Made by a program: the position numbers and the translations under genes. DNA of 64,000 nucleotides. Source: Macrostomum lignano (taxonomy: Eukaryota). The notes under the pieces were generated by a model. It saw only the letters and a program-made list of their open reading frames with translations. It was not told the DNA's origin and did not search any database. Position 1 is the stretch's first letter. Every line of letters begins with the position of its first letter. Location of the stretch: contig NIVC01001700.1 of the NCBI GenBank assembly GCA_002269645.1, forward strand, positions 139,923-203,922, written 5' to 3'. Positions 25,601-37,371 of this stretch are shown here, one piece after another.

Positions 25601-28600
25601 AGGCAGCGCGGCTCTCTCAGCAGAGAGACCTCGTAAATGTCGTCCTCAGTGTAGTGGCAGTCCAGCGACAGCTGCGGGTTTGTGCAGGTGTGCAGAGTTC
25701 AGTTGCAGATTCTCTGCGACTTGCCTGTACTCAGTGATACCTAGTCTACATGCACTTTTGCGCTGAGCGATTTACACCTTCGTGAGGGTCAACCAACAAG
25801 GCACAGAGTGTACATGCCTGACGATAAGAAAGTCAGGGCCGCTGTACACCCTGTGTGAGCGGAACTGCCTCAGCGCTGGTTGTGGCACAATTTCGCCGTG
25901 GGTGCCCACAACCCACCTGCAATTATCATTATTAATTACCCCCGGTCTGGCTGCGTTGACGGCCCAAGTCTTTATGAGGTCCTCGCCGAGAAATTGTAGC
26001 CTCACACTGTAAAAATTCTCATAGCCAATCAGAGCAGAGCGCTTTGCCGCCAATTTTCACCCCCTCCGAAGAGACTGTACATTTGTACATCAAGAATAAA
26101 AATTGGTATAGACTGCGAACCACGCAGCCAATCAGCGATGAGCAGCATTTATATCTTATAGACATTGGAATGCAGACAGGAATCGCACCGTGAGCGTGTT
26201 GCAGAGGTTCGGGTTCTCCTCGATGCTCATCGGTGTGCCCTGAGCGGCCGTCAGCAGGCCGACTGTCTGCGCCAGCTGGGCGAGCTTGCGAAAGTTGATG
26301 AACCTGCTGGCCGGGCCAGAGAGTCTGTCCGGCAGGGCCGAGTTCAGCTGCATCAGATCTTTCAGGTGGACTGCTCTGCAATGGGTTTGGAGTAGTCTGA
26401 AGTAATCTTCAAGAGAGGTTGTAGCCTAGTGGTCGAATTGGAGATCGGGGGTTCGATTCCCGATCCCAATGGAACAATTTGTGTGTAAGACACTTTACTC
26501 TATATTACTTCAGTTCACCCAGCTGTAAAATGGGTGTGTGGCAACCTTCAGTCCTTAGACTGAACAGCCTATTTTTTATTCATTTCCTTGTTGCCTCCCC
26601 AACAAGGGGGGGGGCGCTGATTGCTAGTCCGCTATACTAAAAGTTTTAGCGCTAAAAATCTGAGAATCTAATATTACTCATGCACCTATAGCCACTCCTG
26701 CTTTATGTTATTTTCAGGAACGATTTAGGAAAATTATTAGAATTATTTTCATTCATTTGTGATGATAAAAGCATTGCCGAATCGCTTTGTATTCAGTGCC
26801 CTCCTCACAGAATTGGTATCTTGAACTCTTGTACATCCGCGTACTCCTTGCGATAGTTGGTGAAGTTGTTCGAGGAAGACAGAAGCTCCACCAGGTCTAG
26901 CAGCATCTGCGAAGTTTATTAATTGTATTCCATCGAGGTGTTTAATGATAGTATATTTAGCTGTCTAATCACAATCTATTCAGATGTCTGATCACAATCT
27001 ATTTAGATGTCTAAATCATGATTTATTCAGACGTCTAATCATGATTTATTTACACGTCTAATCATGATTTATTCAGATATCTAATCATGATTTATTCAGA
27101 TGTCTAATCATAATCTATTCCGATGTCTAATCATAACCTATTCCGATGTCTAATCATAATCTATTTCGCTGTCTAATCATGATTTATTCAGATATCTAAT
27201 CATGATTTATTCAGATGTCTAATCATAATCTATTCCGATGTCTAATCATAATCTATTCAGATGTCTAATCATAATCTATTCCGATGTGTAATCACAAGCT
27301 ATTCCGATGTCTATTTATCTATTCAGACGTCTATTCATGATCTATTCAAATGTCTAATCAAATTTTTTTCGGATGTCTAATAGTAATCTATTCAAATGTC
27401 TAATCATGATCTTTTCATAAATCTAGTCATAATGTACTCAGATATCTAGTCACACTCTATTCAGACGTCTACTCCTGCTCTAATCAACACGTCTTTATAT
27501 GCGTCTATTCCTGTACAACTTGTTTAATATTTTTTTTACTCTCAGAGACTTCTCAGCCTCAAAAGTTACTCGCTCACCTTCTGCGACTTCTGCGACAAGC
27601 AGGCGTGAGTCTTGCTCAGCCTGGCTATGGCGCTGTGGTTCAGACCGCCAATCACCGACATCAGCGAGTTGTAGTTGCGCACCTTCCTCAGCTCCTGCGG
27701 AATTTGGATTGCTGCTGCTGGACAATCATTGCATTTAATCACTCTGCTCGATAATCACGTGTCTAATCACCCTGTTCGATAATCACGTGTCTAATCACCC
27801 TGTTCGATAATCATGTATCTAATCACCCTGCTCGATAATCGTGTCTAATCATCCTGTTCGATAATCATGTATCTAATCCCCCTATTATATAGTCATGTAT
27901 CTAATCACTCTTTTCGATAATTATGTGTCTAATCACCCTGTTCGATAATCATGTATCGAATCACTCTTCTCGATTATCATGTATCTAATCAGTCTTCTCG
28001 ATAATCATGTATCTAATCACCCTGTTAGATAATCATGTATTTAATCACTTTGCTCGTGTCTAATCACCGTGCCGCCCTGCTGGATAATCATGTGCCTAAT
28101 CACCGTATCTACTCACTCTATAATCTTATTAATCCCTCATTGTAAGCTCCCAAAATTTCAGTCTCACTCACCTCCGCAACTTCGAGAAACTTGGCCAAAA
28201 CCGTGGCCCTCTCAGCTGGTGTTGTCTTGCTGAGAATCATACACTGCACCCACTGCGACAGACCATTGAACAGTGTCACCGACTTCTCTAGGAATGGGCT
28301 GCCTCTCAAATTCTCGCCCTGAGCATAGTTCCGCAAGTCGGAGACCTGTGAGAGATTGAGAGATACGAAATTACTGTGTGTATGATCAGTTGTCAAAGTT
28401 TAAACTTCTAAGTTGAACACTCTAAACTGGTGTTGATCACTGAATTATAAAACAGCGTAGCCAATCAGAATCCTTTCGACCAGTTTGTAGGCTAACTTTA
28501 TGACATTGTCATAGTTTAAGCTGAGGTTGTCCCAAACTGCAGACAATCAGAGCTAACCCCAACCCCAGCTAAAAACTCCCCAACCAACCAGAGCTAACCC

Positions 28601-31600
28601 AACCCCAGCTAAAAACTCCCTAGCCAATCAGAGCTAACCCCAACCCCAACTAAAAACTCCCCAGCCAATCAGAGCTAACCCCAACCCCAACTAAAAACTC
28701 CCCAGCCAATCAGAGCTAACCCAACCACAACTAAAAACTCCCCAACCAATTAGAGCTAACCCCAACCCCAACTAAAAACTCCCCAGCCAATCAGAGCTAA
28801 CCCCAACCCCAACTAAAAACTCCCCAGCCAATCAGAGCTAACCCAACCACAACTAAAAACTCCCCAACCAATTAGAGCTAACCCCAACCCCAACTAAAAA
28901 CTCCCCAGCCAATCAGAGCTAACCCCAACCCCAACTAAAAACTCCCCAGCCAATCAGAGCTAACCCAACCACAACTAAAAACTCCCCAACCAATTAGAGC
29001 TAACCCCAACCCCAACTAAAAACTCCCCAGCCAATCAGAGCTAACCCAACCACAACTAAAAACTCCCCAACCAATTAGAGCTAACCCCAACCCCAACTAA
29101 AAACTCCCCAGCCAATCAGAGCTAACCCCAACCCCAGCTAAAAACTCCGCCAACCAATCAGACCTGAATCCGGCGGAACACCTTGAACTCCAGCACGGTG
29201 AGCTGGGCGGCCAGCTGCTCCGGCTCCAGCTGGTTGAACACCAGCGAGTTCACGCTCTCGTGATTCACGCGGCCCTTCTTTAGCGAGTCCAGCCGCAGCC
29301 ATTCGTGCTTGACACTGCGGGTGAGATTGGAGTGGAGGGACACTACGCTTGCAACCTGTGTGCGAATTTTACTGTACGCCCTGCCCTGTCCTTGCAGCAA
29401 AATGCATTAGGCTGAGATGTCAAGACTCAGGGGGTATTGCTGAGATCTCAAGACTCATGTAGGGGAACTGCTGAGATCTCAAGACTCACGTGGGGAATTA
29501 CTGAGATCTCAAGGGTCATGTAGGGAATCGCTGAGATGCCAAGGGTCAATTGTGAGTTGTTAGTAGGCCAAGCATCAAAGAGATTGTTAGAGTTAAGTTA
29601 TGGCTTAAGAGATGCTTTGATGCCAAAGCTCAAAGGGAATGCTGATATCTTAGGCTGGATATCTGGCTTTCAGGACCGATGCTTTTTCTGCTTTAAACAT
29701 CTTTTTCCCTCACTAGCATGGTGACTTTACAAGGTCAAAAGCTACGTGTAGCTTAATAAAAAATTGTTTTTTTCACTTTTTATGGCCTCCCCAAAGGGGG
29801 GGGGCGCAGATTGCTAGTCCTATATACTAAAAATGGTTTGTCGGTAGGGATCTTTTTTAGAGCAAAAAAGTTAGCTGAAAAAGCCTGCTATCTCGCCAAT
29901 GCGTTTCGCCGGCGTCTTGCACAAGATTTGCGAATTTAGGGGTCCTTGCACTTATTGACAGCGTTCTTTCTCATCGTGTCACTTCAGCCCGCGGACTCAC
30001 GTGGCCCGCAGGTCAGCCGAGGACACGATGTTGTCGATGTCGCGAGCGTTGACTCGCTCGAAGAAGGCTTCGACAAGCCTGGCCAGGGCTCGGTTGCCTT
30101 CGAATGCGTTGGGATATTTTTGAATCCAGAATCTGCACGATCGGGCGAAGTTGATGAGTAACGGGTGATGCTATTGCACAATCTTTCACTTGAAGACCCG
30201 AAGGTCCCGAAGGTCCCGAAGGTCCCAATAGTCCCGAAGGTCCCAATAGTCCCGAAGGTCCCAATAGTCCCGAAGGTCCCAATAGTCCCGAAGGTCCCAA
30301 TAGTCCCGAAGGTCCCAATAGTCCCGAAGGTCCCAATAGTCCCGAAGGTCCCAATAGTCCCGAAGGTCCCAATAGTCCCGAAGGTCCCAATAGTCCCGAA
30401 GGTCCCAATAGTCCCGAAGCTCCCAATAGTCCCAAAAGTCCCAAGGGCAAGCCGAAACAGTCCAGGACTCGCCTGATCATAAAAAGTCCGCGCCTGGTCA
30501 TCTGGCTGTTCTGTTCGCAAATCTCAATAATGGTGGACGCCATGGCTACAGAGTCGGTGATCCACTCGTGCATAAGGAACAGCACCCGAAGATATTGCTG
30601 ATTTCGCACCTGCAGCTCTTTGTTGCACACCTCTGCAGGTTGCAGATTGGAATTTTGTAAAGATCTATTTTGATACTAAGAATTGCGTTTGACTCGATTT
30701 GCCAAGGATTTTGAATCTGGCCTCACCGAAGCAGCTCATTCCGAATTCCACGAGGCCGCGAAGGGTGCCGCCGCGAACTTTCAGGTCGTCGTTTGGGTGG
30801 TCGCTCAGCAGAAGTTCAGACTCACCGCTGCGGTTGGGTTGCAGTGAAGGTCATTGAGCAGATCTCACTCAGATCTCATTGAGCAGATCTCACTCAGATC
30901 TCATTGAGCAGTTCTCACTCAGCTCTCATTGAGCAGATCTCACTCAGATCTCATTGAGCAGATCTCACTCAGATCTCATTGAGCAGTTCTCACTCAGCTC
31001 TCATTGAGCAGATCTCACTCAGATCTCATTGAGCAGATCTCACTCAGATCTCATTGAGCAGATCTCACTCAGCTCTCATTGAGCAGATCTCACTCAGATC
31101 TCATTGAGCAGATCTCACTCAGATCTCATTGAGCAGATCTCACTCAGCTCTCATTGAGCAGATCTCACTCAGCTCTCATTGAGCAGATCTCACTCAGATC
31201 TCATTGAGCAGTTCTCACTCAGATCTCATTGAGCAGATCTCACTCAGATCTCATTGAGCAGTTCTCACTCAGCTCTCATTGAGCAGATCTCACTCAGATC
31301 TCATTGAGCAGATCTCACTCAGCTCTCATTGAGCAGATCTCACTCAGCTCTCATTGAGCAGATCTCACTCAGATCTCATTGAGCAGATCTCACTCAGCTC
31401 TCATTGAGCAGATCTCACTCAGATCTCATTGAGCAGATCTCACTCAGATCTCATTGAGCAGATCTCACTCAGATCTCATTGAGCAGATCTCACTCAGATC
31501 TCATTGAGCAGATCTCACTCAGCTCTCATTGAGCAGATCTCACTCAGATCTCATTGAGCAGATCTCACTCAGATCTCATTGAGCAGATCTCACTCAGCTC

Positions 31601-34498
31601 TCATTGAGCAGATCTCACTCAGATCTCATTGAGCAGATCTCACTCAGATCTCATTGAGCAGATCTCACTCAGATCTCATTGAGCAGATCTCACTCAGCTC
31701 TCATTGAACAGATCTCACTCAGATCTCATTGAGCAGATCTCACTCAGCTCTCATTGAGCAGATCTCACTCAGCTCTCATTGAGCAGATCTCACTCAGATC
31801 TCATTGAGCAGATCTCACTCAGCTCTCATTGAGCAGATCTCACTCAGATCTCATTGAGCAGATCTCACTCAGCTCTCATTGAGCAGATCTCACTCAGATC
31901 TCATTGAGCAGATCTCACTCAGCTCTCCGACAGCGCTGCACTTTAACTCAAAATTCGCAATATTCAAGTTGAAGTTTTTGCCTAATTTGTTAAAAAGCAC
32001 TCGAACTGGTGAGTTCCATATTATAATTGCTCTCACAGGAGTCTAGGTAGGCTGGTGGAAGGCGAAACCCTCCTCAAAGGGAAGAGGGAGTGAATTCTTT
32101 CCTGGTCGAACTGAGGAAAATTCTCGCGACAAAAGAGTTCGTAATCCGCTTCCCCCCATTCCCTCATCTCTCACTAATCCTTTGCTTTCACGCTATTAAC
32201 TCGAAAGTCGTCAGTGCAATTCAGTTCTGCCTCGGAAATCGCATGCATATTTTATTACGATGGAGCTAATTGCTTTTTGTGTGAGCCGCAGAATGATTAA
32301 TTTCTGCAGCTCGTCAGCAATGCGCCAGAAAAAAACCTGTTTGTGTTTTTGTTGTCGAAAAACTGAACTCAAATCAATTGAGGGACAGAGATTGAGTGAT
32401 GAATGAGGGATTTGGAGTAAGGGCCGTGACAGAGTGATGGTTACAATTATAGGGACAGCGGGATATTCAGAGTGATAGTTGCATTTAGGCTGACAGAGCG
32501 GCATTCTGAGTAACAGAGTGACATTCTGAGTGACAGAGCAGCATTCTGAGTGACAGAGTAACTGTCTGAGTGACAGAGCGGCATTCTGAGTGACAGAGTG
32601 ACATTCTGAGTGACAGAGTGGCATTCTGAGTGGCAGAGTGACATTCTGATTGACAGAGAGGCATTCTGAGTGACAGAGTAACTATCTGAGTGACAGAGTG
32701 GCATTCTGAGTGACAGAGTAACTGTCTGAGTGACAGAGTAACTGTCTGAGTGACAGAGTGACATTCTGAGTGACAGAGTGACATTCTGAGTGACAGAGTG
32801 GCATTCTGAGTGGCAGAGTGACATTCTGAGTGACAGAGAGGCATTCTGAGTGACAGAGTAACTATCTGAGTGACAGAGTGACATTCTGAGTGACAGAGTG
32901 GCATTCTGAGTGACAGAGTTGTATTTTGAGTGAGAGCACAAGATCACTGATTCATTAATACTTCACTGCTAGGAGGAAGGGCTGGACGAGTAGATGCGTG
33001 ACTGGGGAAAATGGATGTGTGACTGGAAGAAGTAGATATTTGACAGGTGGACAGGGGAGCAAGTGCCTGAATATTGCCATTCTGATAAGGCAGCAATAAA
33101 CCCATTAATCTATTTTGATCAGATCAGCTACTTAATGTAGCAAAGTCAAGACTGTTCTTGACTAAAAATAAACAAAAATTCACTGACAGATTATCCACAA
33201 TTAGAATCAATTTCTGGACATCTGCGTTCGAGTTTAATTCGATACAGTTGGTAGCAAGCAAATATTTCCTAGAATTTGCGATTTCTAATCCGCGGTGGCT
33301 TCAGTCCTAATGTCTAAAATGGCTTTTAAACAGCAGAAGCCAGTGCTAATGGATCTTCTGTAATCTTTTTATGATTTTACACGTCTATTCTTGTTGTAGA
33401 GTCTGGTCACAAAGCTCTGAGTCTGGTCATAAAGCTCTGAGTCTGTTCATAAAGCTCTGAGTCTGGTCATAAAGCTCTGAGTCTGGTCATAAAGCTCTGA
33501 GTCTGGTCATAAAGCTCTGAGTCTGGTCATAAAGCTCTGAGTCTGGTCATAAAGCTCTGAGTCTGGTCATAAAGCTCTGAGTCTGGTCATAAAGCTCTGA
33601 GTCTGGTCATAAAGCTCTGAGTCTGGTCATAAAGCTCTGAGTCTAGTCATAAAGCTCTGAGTCTGATCATAAAGCTCCGAGTCTGATCATAAAGCTCTGA
33701 GTCTAGTCATAAAGCTCTGAGTCTGATTCTACTACCAATTCCCAGTCTGATCATACAGCCAGTTCTCAGTCTGATCATACAGCCAGTTTCCAGTCTGATC
33801 ATACAGCCAGTTCCCAGTCTGATCACACAGCCAGTTTCCAGTCTGATCATACAGCCAGTTCCCAGTCTGATCACACAGCCAGTTTCCAGTCTGATCATAC
33901 AGCCAGTTCCCAGTCTGATCATACACCCAGTTCCCAGTCTGATCATACAGCCAGTTTCCAGTCTGATCATATAGCCAGTTCCCAGTCTGATCATACAGCC
34001 AGTTCCCAGTCTGATCATACACCCAGTTCCCAGTCTGATCATACAGCCAGTTTCCAGTCTGATCATACAGCCAGTTTCCAGTCTGATCATACACCCAGTT
34101 CCCAGTCTGATCATACAGCCAGTTTCCAGTCTGATCATATAGCCAGTTCCCAGTCTGATCATATAGCCAGTTTCCAGTCTGATCATACAGCCAGTTTCCA
34201 GTCTGATCATACACCCAGTTCCCAGTCTGATCATACAGCCAGTTTCCAGTCTGATCATACAGCCAGTTCCCAGTATGATCATATAGCCAGTTCCCAGTCT
34301 GATCATATAGCCAGTTCCCAGTCTGATCACACAGCCTCACTCTCACCCGATCTCCTCGGCAAAGCATGCGTCATCCGATGACCGGCAGGGCTTGTTGGCG
34401 TAGGCGTGCCTCTTCTGCAGACTGGGCACCCGGCCGAGCTGCTGGCCAGCCTCTGATCGAACAGATGGAGCAATTTTGCCGTGTCCCGGATGCAGCAT
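16684..34498 (-). CDS. RASGRP: RAS guanyl-releasing protein (RasGRP/CalDAG-GEF family): REM, CDC25 RasGEF, EF-hand pair, C1, coiled coil; ~743 aa
   Basis: Minus-strand exons with consistent phases: 34347-34498 (putative first), 30727-30827, 30473-30632 (GC donor), 30001-30132, 29164-29314, 28172-28345, 27578-27694, 26809-26906, 26189-26375, 25594-25671, ~20561-20644 (donor ambiguous), 20395-20510, 17847-18139, 16957-17174, 16684-16854. Motifs: LVFNQLEPEQLAAQLTVLEF, FNGLSQWVQCMILS, NYNSLMSVIGGL, FKIPILAVHLKDL, SLDCHYTEDDIYEVSLLREP, VFKVYDHDKDDMISESEFEQIAENFPF, and the C1 domain [42 protein letters not shown]. Confidence 0.93.
17400..17800. repeat. 18-bp (2x9) minisatellite
   Basis: Unit ctggtcactcgggtcatt. 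Confidence 0.9.
18220..18880. repeat. 13-bp minisatellite
   Basis: Unit ctctctaatgagt. Confidence 0.95.
19665..20343. repeat. 44-bp minisatellite
   Basis: Unit cacattgagtcactcctcagtaccagtcagagcacctgtctgct. Confidence 0.95.
20715..24840. repeat. 60-bp G-rich minisatellite array, ~69 units, 4.1 kb
   Basis: Unit gtaggggtgaggcgcggggaggatgctgtggggtgcaggtgcttgggtcagccatgtgga with a few recurrent variants; lies inside a RasGRP intron. Confidence 0.97.
25798..25861 (+). mobile_element. Short interspersed hairpin repeat (family copy 4)
   Basis: aaggcacagagtgtacatgcctgacgataagaaagtcagggccgctgtacaccctgtgtgagcg. Confidence 0.7.
26417..26570 (+). mobile_element. tRNA-derived SINE with CORE-like central domain
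   Basis: A-box-like tagcctagtgg, B-box ggttcgattcc, then aagacactttactc...cttcagttcacccagctgtaaaatgggt, resembling the CORE domain (aagtcacttaacctc...cagtttcctcatctgtaaaatggg). Second copy at 45318. Confidence 0.7.
26960..27475. repeat. ~22-bp degenerate AT-rich minisatellite
   Basis: Core tattc(a/c)gatgtctaatcat. Confidence 0.85.
27735..28105. repeat. ~27-bp degenerate minisatellite
   Basis: Core tgttcgataatcatgtatctaatcacc. Confidence 0.85.
28540..29162. repeat. ~41-bp minisatellite
   Basis: Unit ccaatcagagctaaccccaaccccaactaaaaactccccag, abutting the minus-strand donor at 29163. Confidence 0.95.
30195..30443. repeat. 18-bp minisatellite
   Basis: Unit cccgaaggtcccaatagt, inside the GC-AG intron. 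Confidence 0.95.
30850..31925. repeat. 24/25-bp minisatellite
   Basis: Unit ctcattgagcagatctcactcag(at). Confidence 0.95.
32480..32935. repeat. 20-bp minisatellite
   Basis: Unit attctgagtgacagagtggc. Confidence 0.92.
33395..33727. repeat. 20-bp minisatellite
   Basis: Unit agctctgagtctggtcataa. Confidence 0.95.
33735..34332. repeat. 24-bp minisatellite
   Basis: Unit ccagtctgatcatacagccagtt(t/c), adjacent to the donor at 34346. Confidence 0.95.
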
Positions 34499-34779
34499 AT
34501 CAATGCCCACTGTTGCACTTTAGTTTGAGCAGTTATAGCTATAGTCTGAGTTTGAGACGAGCTCAGTTGAGGATGCACTAAACTAGGCTATTCGATTCCT
34601 AATTCTAATGTGAGATATAGGCTTAATAGATGGTTAACTTGTACAAGTGCACTGCAGTATGTGCTGTGATCGGCCCGGGAAGTTGCAGCCAATGGAGAGG
34701 CTTCATTGATTTTAGCTGAATGCGTGTGCTTCTCATTCATAAAATAGGGATGACCCAATGATTGATATGAGATGAGCTC

Positions 34780-35200
34780 TGCTCTACACAACTCTGCTCT
34801 GCTCCGTTCTACTCTGTTCTACTCTGCTCTACTCTGTTCTACTCTGTTCTACTCTGTTCTACTCTGCTCTACTCTGTTCTACTCTGTTCTACTCTGTTCT
34901 ACTCTGTTCTATTTTGTTCTACTCTGTTCTACTCTGTTCTACTCTGTTCTACTCGGTTCTACTCTGTTCTACTCTGTTCTATTTTGTTCTACTCTGTTCT
35001 ACTCTGTTCTACTCTGTTCTACTCTGTTCTATTCGGTTCTACTTTGTTCTACTCTGTTCTACTTTGTTCTACTCTGTTCTACTCTGTTCTACTCTGTTCT
35101 ACTCTGTTCTACTCTGTTCTACTCTGTTCTACTCTGTTCTATTTTGTTCTACTCTGTTATTTTCTGTTATTTTCTGTTCTACTCTCCGTTCTACTCTTTA
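34780..35200. repeat. 10-bp repeat (ctactctgtt)n
   Basis: Direct reading. Confidence 0.95.
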
Positions 35201-35549
35201 GCCACAAAAAAAGAATTCCAGCCAGATGCTCCTCTATTACCGAAGGAAATATAAGCTTTTTAAAAGCACGAAGAGAGAATTTTAATATTTGCTGCGATGC
35301 TCTTCGATTTCTCGCGTTCATTTCTCCCAATCGTCTTTTTCATCACAAAAAGATCTATCTTGTAGTCAATATTGAGTCGGTTGGGAGTCAGGTTGCGCCT
35401 TTTCTTTGAAGTGGGGCTATTTATTTATCAGGCAGATATTTACCGTAAATGAAGTTTGCATTTTCTGATTCCTCGTGCACTTTTTGAAAGAGGTTATTGA
35501 AGTGCTAGGGCTCAGATGGGGGTTTCTGAGGCGCTTGGGCTCGGGGGGG

Positions 35550-35815
35550 GGGGTTGCTGAGGTAGTAGGGCTCAAGGAGGGTTGCTGAGGTGCTAGGACT
35601 CAAGGGGGAGTTGCTGAGGTGCTAGGACTCAAGGGGGAGTTGCTGAGGTGCTAGGACTCAAGGGGGAGTTGCTGAGGTGCTAGGACTCAAGGGGGAGTTG
35701 CTGAGGTGCTAGGACTCAAGGGGGAGTTGTTGAGGTGCTAGGACTCAAGGGGGAGTTGCTGAGGTGCTAGGGCCCCAGGGGGTGTTGCTGAGGTGCTAAA
35801 ACCCAATGGGGAGTT
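35550..35815. repeat. 29-bp minisatellite
   Basis: Unit gttgctgaggtgctaggactcaaggggga. Confidence 0.92.
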
Positions 35816-36764
35816 GCCAAGGACAACTTGATAACTCAGGACCGGAAACGAGCCAATTCATGGCGAAAAAAGTATGAGGCTTGTTTAAAAGCATTGTTCT
35901 ATGGCCCATCCGTATGCACATTCTTTCAGTTGCCAATGTATACTCGTATCATATTTGCCTTTTTGATAGGAAGTCAGAAGGCGGGTGCGGGTCGGTTTTC
36001 TTAAATGTTGAATAGTTTTATTACATAAAGTAAACATCGTGAAAATACACAATGGGAAAGCTGTACATGCAGCATGTATAAGGAAACTCGCAAAAAATTT
36101 ACGATTCTTTCTTCATCTGAACTACAAACAGAGAGGAAAATAACAGTCACAGAACGGGACAAGAGCTGACTATGATAAATAGAGCATGTTCTACAAAGAG
36201 CTGACCGTTGACATACTGCTAATCAGGTAAAGCAAAGCAGATTGGAGCATAGTGGCAATGTCGTATCGTCGATTGTTTGGGTGCGTTGTGGCGAACTCAC
36301 CCAAGTTGTCAAGTTGGCAGTTATCAAGTTGTCCTTGGGAGTTGCTTAGAGCATCAAAGGGAGAGTTTGGATTGGGGTTTGGGTTAGGCCATAGACCGAG
36401 GAGGGAATCTGAGATACCACAGGTCAAAGATGGATGCTGTTACGAGCGCATCTTAGGCTACATACTCGTATTAACTGATTCAATGGGCCGTATGCAGAAA
36501 GCTTAGTCCAGACTAGCTAGTCCGGACTGGGTAGTTCTGTCTATGGTCTTAAAATCGGTATGCACAAAAGCTAGTCGCGACTACCGAGATTCGTCTAGGC
36601 TAGACTAGTCTAAGCTAGACAGAGCGCCCAACTTTAGCGCCTAGTTTCAATGATTTTTTTAGTTCTATGGCCCAAACCCCTGTAAATGCTTTCTGTTTAT
36701 ATACTGGGTCGCTAACTTAACCGTTCCTATACTGGTTCTCTGTGCATATGCGTATACTTCTGAA

Positions 36765-37041
36765 ATGTCAGCGACAACAGACTACGAAACAGTTCTTCTT
36801 GACATTCTACAAAGACATTCGGCTTCAATTTTGTCGAAGGGCCAAACGCCTGCATTCAGGCGAAGAAGGGCAAACGCTTGGGAAGACGTAACATCTCAAG
36901 TAAACGACCACTTCAAGACCAATTACACGATCGACCAGGTGCAGAAAAAATGGAAAAACATCTTGCAACGAGTTAAGGAAAAAAACTACGAAGAAGACTG
37001 GAGGCGGGCCAGCTCCAAAAATGTCCTCTAATGACTTCAAG
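36765..37041 (+). pseudogene. Truncated, frameshifted Myb/SANT-like DNA-binding ORF of Harbinger ORF2 type
   Basis: ...RRRRANAWEDVTSQVN...TIDQVQKKWKNI... fits Myb/MADF-like W...W spacing. The typical KTGGGP motif (act gga ggc ggg cca at 36997) is in the +1 frame after an A7 run at 36979-36985; the sequence is cut at 37041 by the inversion. Confidence 0.75.
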
Positions 37042-37371
37042 GTTTGGCCCTTCGACAAAATTGAAGCCGAATGTCTTTGTAGAATGTCAAGAAGAACTGT
37101 TTCGTAGTCTGTTGTCGCTGACATTTCAGAAGTATGTACGCATATGCACAGAGAACCAGTATAGGAACGGTTAAGTTAGCGACCCAGTATATAAACAGAA
37201 AGCATTTACAGGGGTTTGGGCCATAGAACTAAAAAAATCATTGAAACTAGGCGCTAAAGTTGGGCGCTCTGTCTAGCTTAGACTAGTCTAGCCTAGACGA
37301 ATCTCGGTAGTCGCGACTAGCTTTTGTGCATACCGATTTTAAGACCATAGACAGAACTACCCAGTCCGGAC

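Noticed and set aside
26417-26470. tRNA genes (also ~2630-2675 and 45318-45375)
   Set aside because: A/B boxes are present but no complete cloverleaf is evident, and the sequence continues into SINE bodies.
28540-29162. Interstitial telomeric repeat
   Set aside because: ctaacccc occurs only once per 41-bp unit; there are no (TTAGGG)n runs.
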